Part shown: positions 24,101 through 36,451 of the stretch, one piece after another
Layout of the letters: each line of letters begins with the position of its first letter
How positions within the stretch are numbered: position 1 is the first letter of the stretch
DNA from: Podarcis cretensis
Taxonomy: Eukaryota
DNA length: 64,000 bases
Assembly: GCA_951804945.1 (NCBI GenBank)
Contig: OX638163.1
Coordinates: 32,550,001 to 32,614,000 of the forward strand
Reading direction: 5' to 3'
Translations under genes and position numbers: made by a program
The notes under the pieces: generated by a model
Databases searched by the model: none
What the model was told of the DNA's origin: nothing
Seen by the model: the letters and a program-made list of their open reading frames with translations, nothing else

Positions 24101-25387
24101 CATGCTCTTGGAATGTCAGTATTGACCTGGATGCAAAGTGGGGGAAGGGATGCGGGGGAAGCATTTCCCCAAGCGCATCTGCCACAAGCCGCTTCTGCCC
24201 ATTGCAATTTTGGTGGCTCATGAACCACTCATTCTGTGTCATAATCATCAAGAATGTCTCTGGTATCTTTAAAACACCACTACTCCTGACCATAGGAAGC
24301 TGCCTTATATTGAGTCAGACCATTGCTCCATCCAGCTCAGTAGTGTCCACAATGATTGGCAGCGGCTCTCCAGGATTTCAGACAATGGGAGTCTCTCTCA
24401 GTCCAACTTGGAGATACTTGGAAATAAACCTGGGACTTTCTGCAAGCAAAGCACAAGCTCCACCACTGAGCCTTCCCCTAAATGTACCCATGGCCAAGTT
24501 TCTCCAGCAATTATTTTTTCTTTGTTCTTGGGAACAGGGCCCCTTTGAGAAGTGCCAAAACTTGCTCACTATTCCACTTTGATTACAATGAAAGATAAGG
24601 CTTGCAGTGGGAGCTAATTCAGGCAATGGCATATGCGTGTTTTGTTTGTTTATACACCACTTTTTGACCCGAAGGCTCCCAAAGTAGCAAACAGCATGTT
24701 AAAACAACAAAATATGGAGTAGATCACAATACAAAATCCCTAAGTCAACCAGCAAGCGACACATTTAGCAGCTAGTTTCACAAAGTCTGTTGCACGTACT
24801 CCATAGAAACAGTCATGGTCAAACAACCTATCCCAGGGGAGCAACCAAAGCACTACCACTTAGCTAAGTCCTTTCCCCTCAGTTGGGGTTCATGTCCTAG
24901 AGAGCACTAGGGGTGATTTTTTATTATTTAATCAAAGGAAACTCTGCCCAGCTCCCTATAGGCCTCTATGGGGGTTGGTTTCACAGCACTTGCTACAAGG
25001 AAGGAGCCAAGGCTCAGTGGCAGAGCACATGATTTGCATGCAGAAAACCCCAAATTCAATCCCTGGCATCTCCAGTTAAAGATGGAACAGGTAGCAGATG
25101 CTGGTAAAGACCCCCTAGACCCCTGATTGTCAAGTAGTCAGACCTGGAATTATGGTCCATGCCTACATGGTACTAGTAAGTCTTCTCTACATCAATGATG
25201 TCCGTTTTTCAGAAGGGTGATGGTTAGATTCACTTGTGCTATCCTGGAAGGCAAAGTACTTGGTGCCAATGTGTCAAAATAAAGTGGGGAGGGGGGCGGT
25301 AAGAGAAATATTCAAATCCAGCCTTCACTAACCTGGTGGCTCTGGAGGTTTTTGGCTACAACTCCCATCAGCCCCAGCTAACACAGC

Positions 25388-25883
25388 TTGGACTGCTGCA
25401 ATGTGCTCTACATGGGGCTACCTTTGAAGGTGATCTGGAAACTACGAATCCAGAATGCGGCAGCTAGACTGTTGACTGAGAGTGGCCACCAAGACCATAT
25501 AACACTGGTCCTGAAAGACCTACATTGGCTCCCAGTACGTTTCCGAGCACAATTCAAAGTGTTGGTGCTGATCTTTAAAGCCCTAAACAGCCTCGGCCCA
25601 GTATACCTGAAGGAACATCTCCACCCCCATCGTTCAACTGAGGTCCAGCACCGAGGGCTTTCTGGCGGTTCCCTCCCTGCAAGAAGTGAAGTTACAGGGA
25701 ACCAGGCAGAGGGCCTTCTCACCAGTGTCACCCCCCCCCCCCTGTGGAATGCCCTACCATCAGATGTGAAGGAAATAAACAACTATCTATGTTTGATCTT
25801 TTATCGTGTTTTTAGTATTCTGTTGGGAGTCGCCCAGAGTGGCTGGGGAAACTCAGCCAGATGGGCAGGATATAAATAATAAA

Positions 25884-25924
<41 letters not shown>
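25388..25924 (+). mobile_element. L2 LINE 3' fragment
   Basis: LHWLPVRFRAQFKVLVL, near-identical to the 50.3-53.6 kb element; (ATT)n tail. Confidence 0.9.
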
Positions 25925-25925
<1 letters not shown>

Positions 25926-26930
25926 GCTGTAGTCAAAATACCTGGCAGGCACCAGGTTGGCAAAGGCTGTTTTGTCATCTCTGTGATTTAGGGTGACCGT
26001 TCTCACCCACGTTGGATGTGCTTTAAAAAACAACAAAAAAAGTGCAACAGCACAATCTGGATTGGGACCTGGCAGGGGAGGGGAGATTTACCCCTTTGCC
26101 CCCACCAAGGTCCAGATCTGGATCAGGGAGCCTCATGCTTGCTGTTTGATACGTGTGTAACTTCACGCTGAGGCTTTATAAGACCAAACCAGAATGCATA
26201 AAAATCAGACTGATCCTGAAACATCACTCATCAGCCCACATTTCCACAAGGCTATAATGCTGACAAAACTCCACTTTCTCTGTGTGCCAAGTGAATGATG
26301 GAATCATTTATTTGTGATAAGGGGTAGCTGTCACCAGCGCAACCACAGTTGTGTGACAGCTTTATCTGCACTTATATTTTTCGGTGTTCTTTGTAGGCAC
26401 AGGTCTGCACTTAAAAGCTTTGTGTCCAAGCGGGTGTCGTTCCCTGCCCCCTGCTCCTCGCCCGCTCAGAGCTTTTCCCATGAAAACCCACTCTTTAGTG
26501 TTAAAGCAAGGCAAATATCAGTTTAGGTTTTCTGCGAATTGCAGTTTGCTCTCATTCAGCGTGGGGGGTGCAAGGAAAACTCTGGAGCAAAAGGGGGGGG
26601 GGTCACTAAGACATGAAACCTTAAAGTGTGGGCTACAGGGGACAGGTAAGTATGGATAAGCCCTGAATAAGCACTCAATCAAAGCATGTCAACAGTTTAG
26701 TCACCAGAAACAGCTGAGCAGGAAAAAATAGTGTGTCCTTTTTTTCTTGTTGTGTATTGTATGCAAAGGAGCAGGAGCCAAGATGACAGCTATCTGTGCC
26801 AAGAGACATTTTCAAAGACCATGTGTGTGGCAGGGTTCTATAGAAGCACAAGAAACACAAAATGAGGAACACAGAATTCAGCTCCCAGAAAATCTTTCTT
26901 CTTTTAAAAAAAGGAACAAAGTCTCTAGCA

Positions 26931-27254
26931 CAGGGGTCAGCAAACCTTTTCAGCAGGGGGCCAGTCCACTGTCCTTCAGACATTTTGGGTGGGGCTGGAC
27001 TATATTTTGGAAAAAATAAATGAACGAATTCCTATGCCCCACAAATAACCCAGAGATGCATTTTAAATAAAAGGACACATTCTACTCATGTAAAAATACC
27101 AGGCAGGCCCCACAAATAACCCAGAGATGCATTTTAAATAAAAGGACACATTCTACTCATGTAAAAACATGCTGATTCCTGGACCATCTGTGGGCCGGAT
27201 TGAGAAGGCGATTGGGCCGGATCCGGCGATTGGGCCTTAGTTTGCCTACCCATG
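26931..27254. mobile_element. hAT (Charlie-like) MITE with internal direct duplication
   Basis: Ends CAGGGGTCAGCAAAC...GTTTGCCTACCCATG; a ~60-bp unit is duplicated at ~27037 and ~27107. Confidence 0.75.
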
Positions 27255-27875
27255 CACTTAAGGCTAAGAAGAACTACTTGCAAGAATGTGGACAGCACAT
27301 GCTAAAATATCAAAAACCAGAAGAAGTAGCTGAAGGTTTTCAGTGGTTGGTGGCATGGGGGTTTCAATGCCTTGCATAGTTCATTGCCCCTCCCCTTGAT
27401 TTGCATAATTAGAACAATTTATTGCAAAAAGGTAAGTATTGTGGAATACATTAAGTTAATTTTAAAGTACGCAGAATTTTGCTGGATATTTTAAATCTGC
27501 ACAGGCTGCAGCATCTGGTTTGATCAGTGCCAAATTTTGATGGTCACGGGGCAGAAATTCAATATTATACAGCATGGTGTATAGGCAGCCTTGGCCACCC
27601 CTTCCTTTTCAGTTATCCTAGGACTGGAAAGTACTTTGGATGTCATTTGATCCAACCCCTTGCTTCAATGCCGAATATGTGATACAGGATGCAAGGAGAG
27701 CATCCTTGACAGACAGCCTCCTAGCCCCCCTGCTTAAATACCCCCAATGAAGAAGAGCTCACCACTTCACAAAGAAGTTTATTCCAACTGGTGGGCAGGA
27801 AGCTCCTTACCTATGACTCTGTGGTAACAGAACTGGGGAGAGATGCCCAAGGTTGTCTGTACACTGTCCTATATG

Positions 27876-28396
27876 CCGCATTTTTCGCTCTATAAGACAC
27901 ACTTTTCCCCTCCTAAAAAGTAAGGGGAAATGTGTGTGCGTCTTATGGAGTGAATGCAGGTGGGAGGCTCTGCTCAGCACTCCCTTTAAAGAGCCGTGTG
28001 GAGCGTGTTTGTATGGCATTTGCAGGCTTTTCCCCAAGGAGGGAGAAGGGCAACCCATGACGGGCTGCTCTTCTCCCTCCTCGGGGAAAAGTCCCTAAGA
28101 GCTGCGCACACGCTCCACAGCTCTTGGGGGAGCCTTCCTCCCGCTGCCTGGTGATTCCTGGCTTATGGGATAGCTGCACACAGCCTCTCCCGGGCAGTGG
28201 GATGAAGGCTCTCCCTGCCCGGAAGAGGTTGCACACGGCTATCCTATAAGCCAGGACAGCAAGAGGCTATTCCAAAAGCCAGATCCCTCTTGCTGTTCTG
28301 GCTTCTGGGATTCAGAATATTTTTTTTCTTGTTTTCCTCCTCCAAAAACTAGGTGCGTCTTGTCGTCTGGTGCGTCTTATAGAGCAAAAAATACGG
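27876..28396. mobile_element. Tc2/pogo-like non-autonomous DNA transposon (related, opposite orientation)
   Basis: TIR CCG(C/T)ATTTTT.GCTCTATAAGAC; shares subterminal sequence with 4216-4992. Confidence 0.8.
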
Positions 28397-29300
28397 TATG
28401 TTCTGCCCCCGAGGCCGTCCAGATTCAGAGGATGTAGAATGTCCCTGCAGAAAATCTCTATCTTCTGCCCACAATGTCTGTGCCACCCATCCATTCCCTT
28501 CAGTCACTTCACAGACTCACTTTGTGCACCAGTCTCAAGCTCCTGGGACAGAGTCACATGACTGGGACCCCCCAACACCACGCCATAGCCACTTAAAAGC
28601 TTTCTGTGCCGCAACGATAATCACATAAGGAGCCAGTCTTCAGTAGCCTTCAATTACAGTGGTCAAACTCACTGTTATCACTGCCACCCCACAGGCGCTA
28701 GGAAATCTAGGAGACTGGAGACCACCAAACCAGCCAAGCCTTTCCCAAAATTGCTCTGTGGATCTCTAGGATTTGTGTTGATTGTTGTCCATCAGCTAAA
28801 AGGGTTTTGCAGAAGCTCCTGCCAGGGTGCCAGCTGACCATCTGGCTCTGCTGATGGGCAGTGGTGGGGGGTTGGGAATGCTGAATCAAGAGTGTACATC
28901 CTTTCCCACTTCTGTTAGTGAATTTCCCTTGCTGGGATGAGAAATCCTGGTGATTCTCCAATATGTGTGTTGCTGTTTGGCTTTTTCTCATTCTGATGCT
29001 TAAAAGTTATTTTTTAATGGGGTGGGAAGAGAATGTCGCACTTGTGTGCCCCCCCCACACACACCATAGGGAAGTGCAACACTTGCACAAGCACAAAGGT
29101 CCACACCTGTCCTGGCTGCACAGGCTGCAACCTTATGCACACTTACCAGGGGATAAGCCCCTTTTGAACACAGTGGAGTTAACAGCTGAGAAAAAATGCA
29201 CAGGGTTGCACTGTTAGTTTAGGAATGCAGAGCAAGGCAGTATGTCTGTCCTCCATTAACTGTGAACCCCCAAATCTGGTACCCCCCCCCCAAAAATATA

Positions 29301-29543
29301 CAGTGGTACCTCAGGTTAAGAACTTAATTTGTTCCGGAGGTCCGTTCTTAACCTGAAACTGTTCTTAACCTGAAGCACCACTTTAGCTAATGGAGCTTCC
29401 TGCTGCTGCTGCGCCGCCGTCGCACAATTTCTGTTCTCATCCTGAAGCTAAGTTCTTAACCCGAGGTACTATTTCTGGGTTAGCTGAGTCTGTAGCCTGA
29501 AGCATATGTAACCCTGAAGCGTATGTAACTTGAGGTACCACTG
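29301..29543 (+). mobile_element. Tc1/mariner (Tigger-like) MITE
   Basis: Same family; TA TSD. Confidence 0.88.
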
Positions 29544-32500
29544 TATGCCAAAGTTGTGTGTTGATAGTATTATTAAAAAGATAGTATTATTAAGCTTAGG
29601 GGCTTATCTCTGCTTCACTACTGCTGCTTAAACATGGGTAGGGAAATTGGCAGGGCTGAGGGGGTGGGGAGGCTTATCTCTTAATTCTCTAACAAGTATA
29701 TCATCTTTCATATAGTTTTGGAGGGGGAATCTAATTGGAGAGTTCATAGTTACTGAGGCAACAGAGATGAGCTGTTGGGCAGAGAAACCTTTTTAATAGT
29801 AGCGCTCTCTATATACAAGGGAATAAGGGCAAACGCTGTTCCTTTTCTTCATAGCCTGAGGACAAAGTATGAAAAAGGAACAATCATGGCTTATGGTGGT
29901 GCAAAGAGCTCAGAAGGGAAATGCTTTAAAAAGGAAACTAATGTGGGACTAAACTACCAGTGCTCACTTCCAGATGAATTGTTTATTCAGCATTTATCCT
30001 GATTTGTTTGCATAAGTTTTGTGTTTAGACAAAATTGGCTATTTATTGAGCACTCATTGTTATTTGTGGTTAGGTTAAGCCACAATGCATCAAACCATTG
30101 TTTTCCTAGGACATTTCTCTATCACTTTCCTTGTCATGAAAAGTCTGCCTTTGGGGGGTGGGGGAAGGGGGTCTGTTGCACAAGAGCACACTTGCTGCAC
30201 AAATCCACTTTAATTGTGCAACCTAAATCTGCCGGTATGTGATTAAATTGCATTCAAAAATAGTGACAGTCTGGAATTACCCAGTATGTGCAAAATAAAT
30301 GTTGAGTTTACATGAAAAGTAACAGATTGGATGAAAACCACATCTCTAGCAAGTAATACCACCCCTGCCTTCCACACTATCAATCAACCCATAGGTATAT
30401 CTATACTATAGAGCTAACCTAGATGCATAATTTTATATGCTCAGACAATATACCACTTTGATTTCTCTCCCTTCTGTCCTCACCCACCTGACAGTCCCAC
30501 TTCCAACACTGCCAGATGTTTGCATGTGTGCATAACATTTGGGTAGTGCATATGTACATAAAATTCAATGCACGTAAGCCTGAATGGTGCAAGGAATAGC
30601 CCTGACAAAATCCAGGACTCAGCCATGCAATCGGAGCCTATGGATGGTAGGTTTTAAATGCATATGCCCCTATTCAAATACTATGTCAATGTATGGACAC
30701 ATAGTGGTGTTGGAGTCATGACAAGAGAATCAACTCTACAATTCTGTGATTCTATTATCTCTATCACACATGGGAAAAGTATGTGATGAACTCAGCAATG
30801 GAGACAAACCTGTATGTTAGGCTTTGGTCACCTCCCTTTGGCACCTTCCATAAAATATTTGAGGGGGCTGCCCCCCCCCCACTCGATGGACATTGCCATT
30901 CAAATTGTGTGTTCATACCATGTCTTGTGATTGATTATGTGGGGCAGAGCTTACCTGCCCTCCTTATTCAAGTTGTCAGCCCTGCTCCAATCGCTCCAGG
31001 ACAAAATCTAAGTGGAATGGATCCTATTGACATCTAAACCAGAATCAGTATACAGCATCAGCATCATCCTTGGTGATGATCCAAGGAATATGGGGACCAA
31101 AAGCAAATCTTGCAAGGTTAGAGCTCCAGGAAGAAATAGACAGAGCTTTGTCTGAAGCTTCAGAGGAGGCTTCAGACATGACCGAAGGCAACATGAAGGC
31201 CCCAAAAGGTGGGAAAGTAGCTACCATAATGGAAGAGATTTGGTTGGGTACATTAAGAAGGGAGAGAGGGTTGTGCTCCTTGTGGGTCTCCCACAGGCAT
31301 CTGACCACTGTGAAAAAACAATGCTAGACTACATGGGTCATTGGTCTGATCCAACAAGGCTCTCTCATTCTATGGGAAGCCATTCATAAATGGAATCCAA
31401 TAATGTTCTCATATTAAAACAAGGCTGCAATCTTAGGCATGTTTACATGACAAGTTAACTCCATAAAAATCACCAGGACTCACTTCAGATAAAATATGCT
31501 TAGTATGAGAGTGTTAAGGTGAAATATATGGCTATTTCTCTTTCAGAGAGATAACATGTGAAACAAATTTCCCTTCTCCCTTCAGGGCAGCGGGTGAGAG
31601 GAAAGTGAGCAGGGCAACAGACATCTTTCTCTAAGTAGGCTACATTTCAACCATACAAAAGCCAGAGGATTGTGTATGAACAGCTCACTTCATCCTCCAT
31701 CCAGGCATTATCACAATTCTAAGGACATGTTTCAATGTGGACGGGTGTGGCTTGGCATAGGGAGAGGCCTGGAAAGGGCCCCATTGACCAGTTTGAGAGG
31801 CCTGATTTGGCCCCTGTGTTTGTGGTTCCCCGTTCCTCTGTTACATGATAAGGAAGCCTGAGAGGAGACCATCTGGTTCTCCGGAATGCCAAGCCATTGC
31901 TACAGTCCCTGGCAGCTTCTCACTCCAGATTCTCCTGAAACACCTTTCTTCCCCCCCCCCCCGGTCATAATCCACAATCATCTAATTTTCCAACATTCTG
32001 GGGAACTCTTCCTTCCACCAGAACCCCCGCCCCAGTATCCGCATTCCTGCGTTCCTTGGCCCCCACCCCAGGCCACCTCACTGCCATGCATCCTGTTTCC
32101 TAGAGACATAGCAAGGGCCTGAGTCACGCCACCAATGGCTTCTGCAGGTGACGGAAGGCTAACAATAGCCAACAAAGGGAGGATGTCTCCCTTGCGCACG
32201 CTCCCGGGCCAACCTGGAAAGCATCCTGCCACAGTCCTTCGAGGAAACTCCGAACGGAGGACAGCAGCGCAGATGAGCTTGGCAGCTCAAATGAACGTGC
32301 CTTTTCCAAGGAAATTCTATTTCCTGTTTGCAAAAGAATGTTTTGTTTGGGGGTGGAAGGGATGATGGGGCTGAGGGAACTGCCCTCCGAAGCAGGTGCT
32401 TGGCAGGGGCACAATCTCCACACCTTGCAACTAGGGATGGAGCAGAAATTTACTTTGGCTTGCATTTAAAGACGAACCTACCTGATTGCCAAAACAATGC

Positions 32501-32742
32501 ATCCATTTGTTAGAAATTTGCCCTTCTCTTAATTTTGCAGTGCAGTTCTCCTAGCAAAGAAGGCATAGAAAAATGCACATATGCAGGGAAACTGTGCATA
32601 AAGATGCATATGTATCTGAAAGCAGCGTACAAAAACGCATCAGAATGTGGAAAACTTGTTTGCAAAAATCTTTTCCTTGGTCAAAACCCACACATAGAAA
32701 TGTGTTCATTAGGAGAAATTTGTACTAAAATCCTGAAAATAG

Positions 32743-33165
32743 TGTTACAAAACCCGGGTGTCTGCTGAGTGGTGGCAAAAGCCCATGGACTCCTAGGTAC
32801 GTACACTGGGTCTGTGTCCCTTTGGAGAATGGAAGTCATGGCGGAGACTGTTGTGCTTTAAGAAATAGGGTTTAGTCACCTATTTACACCTTCAGTCTGC
32901 ATGGAGGGAGTCCAGATCTTACAGCATAGGCATTTCAAGAGGCAACAAGGCAGGCAGCCTCCAGTCTGCCTCTGCCAAAGATGGATCCCAGACCTTGTCA
33001 TGTTGATGGCCCTCTATTGTTCTATTGATAGCCATAGCTCAGCCAAGTTGGTTTGCATAAGCCAGCCCAGGAATTCCTCTGCAGCTTGTATTTCTCCCTT
33101 CCCACCCCAAATAATCACAATCCTAGAATTTATTGATTTCTAGGGTTTACCCTAATTCTATAACA
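32743..33165. mobile_element. Probable solo LTR
   Basis: TGTTACA...TATAACA termini; imperfect 4-bp TSD ATAG/ATAC; interrupts the TAGGGATG-family element, which resumes after it. Confidence 0.5.
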
Positions 33166-34529
33166 ATACTAACAAGGCTTTTTAAAGATAATGAATTAAT
33201 TAACTTGCATCAGACAACTGAATTTAAGATAGGGAAAATGGTAAACTGAGAGAACCAAAACACCCTTACTTGCAGCTCATGCTGGCAAAAGCCCCTCATC
33301 CCCAAAGGGACGGATACCATCACAGCCCCATTAAGGTCTTCAGAAAATGTGCTCAGCACACAAGCTCCTTTATTTCTGTAAAAATCATTATTATCAGACT
33401 TGACATGTTGGGTCAGGCAATTGGTACTTCTAGTTCCAGGGTTCAGTTGCCAGCAGCCCCAGGAAAATTCATAAACAGGACAAGACAGCAACATTCACCC
33501 ACTAATAGTAAGGGAAATCAGCAGAAAGGCTCTCTCAGCACATTTGCTCCAAGACTCAAGAGGCACTTAAGAAAATGTTGTGGCTCTAGACAGGGGGCTT
33601 CCAGAACTCCCGTTCCCATCCAGCAGAGGGGCTTTGTATCAGCTCCTCCTTTCAAGAGGTGGGATGGGGGATATCCCCCCCCCCAGAGTGGGTTGAGGGA
33701 CATCACCACCACCACTCCAGTGACAAAGCTGGATGGCAGAAGGCCTCCCTTCTCACTGGCTTAGCATGAGGGGAGGTGTTCCACATAGCTTTGCCCTTGG
33801 TCTCCTCCTGCCCCTGGAAGCCAGGGAGACCAGCGGCAAAGCTAGTCACTGGAACAGAGGTGATGCCTCTTGGGGGTGCCGCCTGGGGTGGCTGTCTCAC
33901 CCCACCTCATGTGTGGGCCGGCTCTGTCTCTAGATACCCAGAGACATTTGGTGGTATCCACCCACATTTTACTCGGAGTGGACCCTAACTTAGGTTCTAC
34001 TCTGAATAGACTCAGAATAGAACCTAAGTTAGGCCCATTCATTTCAGTGGGTCTGCTCTTGAGTAAAGCTTAGGTGAATACTATTGTTATTATCCGTTAT
34101 TACAACTCCTTCGCCGTAAGGTCCAAGGGCAGGCTGCAGCAACATAAAAAATTCAATATTAAAATCAATTAAAACAAATGACTGTGCAGCCAGATGAAAT
34201 TGGATGTATCCTAAGAATTATATAACTCAGGTGTCAAAGGCCAAGGTAAAGAAGTATATCTTCAGAACATAGGGAAAGCTACACCATGACAGTGCAAGAC
34301 ACACTTCTGTGGGGACGGAATTCCACAGCTCGGTGTCAAGTATCAATTAAATATCAACATGATGGACAGCGGTAGATGGTGCCCATTGGGACTGGAAGGG
34401 CAGAAGGTGTGGAGACCAACAGGAGACGAAGCCAGGCCCAATGACAGGCAGAGCCCCCACCCAATTGGCTTTCAGCAAGAAGCCAGACAAGTGGAGGCTG
34501 GCTGAGGACAGTCTGAAGTTGGTGGTGGT

Positions 34530-34598
34530 AACAACAAGAACAACAGCAGCAGCAGCAGCAACAACAACAACAACAACAACAACAACAAAAACAACAAC
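34530..34598. repeat. (CAA)n/(CAG)n compound microsatellite
   Basis: Direct observation. Confidence 0.95.
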
Positions 34599-34674
34599 AT
34601 GTTATTTATACCCTAGTAGTGTCCCAGTTGTCTTAATGGAGCAGCATCCACTAATTACACTTTAATTAACTGTT

Positions 34675-34870
34675 TCCAGAGGGGTGGTCATGTTAGTCTT
34701 TTTCAGCAAAAACAACCAAGAGTCTCATGGCATCTTAAAGATTAACTTGTTCATTATGACATAAGCTTCTGTGGGCTACAGCCTCTCAGAGGCATGATAT
34801 TTCACAGACTAAAACCTGGTACATATCTATAACTCAGGGAAACATTTCATGCATCTGAAGAAGTAGACTA
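34675..34870. mobile_element. Penelope-like element terminal fragment
   Basis: gttagtc...agcaaaaacaaccaagagtc...ggcatcttaaagattaac...cataagcttc resembles reptile Penelope terminal repeats; a similar remnant lies at ~1450-1545. Confidence 0.5.
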
Positions 34871-36117
34871 GGTCCCGCCCGCCCCCAGAAAAAAGCAGGT
34901 TGGCCCCCACGGCCCTTCACTTCATCAAATCTGGCCCTTTTTGAAAAAAGTTTGGACACCACTGTGCCCTTTAGCCCTGAGCTGTGAGCCTTAGAAACTA
35001 CCCACCACCTCCAAAGTTGCCTAAGGGGAATCACCAAGCCATTTTCCTGTTTTCCTTTCTCAACCTTAGTGTGAGATGACCAAATTAATTGAACCAATTA
35101 TTCTGTTTAACAAACCACTGTCCACAAAAAAACAGTGTGAAGTAGGCAAGAACCTACCCGACCCTGCCTTCCCTTCCCAAACCATGACAAACTGGTGAAT
35201 ATAACTGCACCAAAGTGATCACCAATAGCAGTGGCTATATCTTCCTGCAAGTTACTCATATTTGAAGAGAATGAAGCTCTTCAGCAAGGAAGATACAAGA
35301 ATGTCTCACATGTCCTCAGCAATAGCAGCCTATCCATATGTCCTAGAAAACTGCCTCCATATTTTGCTTTCTAACTTTCTTTACTGATGTCAGATTTAGC
35401 TTCCATTTTTGTTTTTAAAGGTAAACCAGAATCTGGGACTCCTGCTGGGGGTTGGGGAAGAGAGAAGCAGACATCATTCCAAGTTTTACCCCCAAATTAA
35501 CTTAACTCACCTTTAGTTCACTCATACGCAGGTTAGAGAGCTTAAAAAGTTCTTTCCACAGCGGGTGTTCCCACCATGGAAAACATTTCTAAGCCCTCCA
35601 CTTTGCTTACTGGGCTCTGGGAAGGTCGCACGTGGGGTCTGGGTGCCTTAGTGAGATCACATGAGATCTTGAACGGTCCTGTGAGATCTTGTGCTGGCTC
35701 CAGAAGGTAATATGGCATGCACAGGGTGATGGTTCCAGGGAATTGTTCTGGCTTTACACAATTTTGCTTTTCCATGCTACTCCTCTGGAATGTATCCCCT
35801 ATAGAAAGCGCAATTCTCCTGTATTATATATATCTGCCTTATATTGGGTCAAGACACTGATCCATGTACCCCACTTTCCTCTGCTCTGAAAGATAGGGAT
35901 CATCCAGGATCACACGTGGGTATCTTTCCCTTCTGTTATGAGATAGGGATGGGTGAATCTGTCAATTCTGGTTTTCTCTCAGTTTCTAATTTTGCCAATC
36001 CTAAATTCAGTTCACCGCATTTTTGGATCAGTCTGCAGTTACAATTTTGAAGTCCTCGTGAAAACTTGTCAGCATTTTAGTGCAATTGTGTTTTTTTTTA
36101 TTAATATGCACATGAAG

Positions 36118-36451
36118 AGGTAAAGGTAAAGGGGCCCCTGACCATTAGGTCCAGTCATGGCTGACTCTGGGGTTGCAGCACTCATCTCGGCTTATTGGCT
36201 GAGGGTCATGTGGCCAGTATGATTAAGCCGCTTCTGGCGAACCAGAGCAGCACACGGAAACGCCATTTACCTTCCCTCCAGAGCGGTACCTATTTATCTA
36301 CTTGCACTTTAATGTGCTTTCGAACTGCTAGGTTGGCAGGAGCAGGGACCGAGCAACGGGAGCTCACCCTGTCACGGGGATTCGAACCACGACCTTCTGA
36401 TTGGCAAGTCCTAGGCTCTGTGGTTTAACCCACAGCACCACCCGCGTCCCT
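36118..36451 (-). mobile_element. Sauria SINE
   Basis: Same family; TTAATATGCACAT flanking repeat; nested in an older TAGGGATG element. Confidence 0.9.

Noticed and set aside
33270-33764. 164-aa ORF
   Set aside because: Non-ATG start, no homology recognised and no supporting splice structure.
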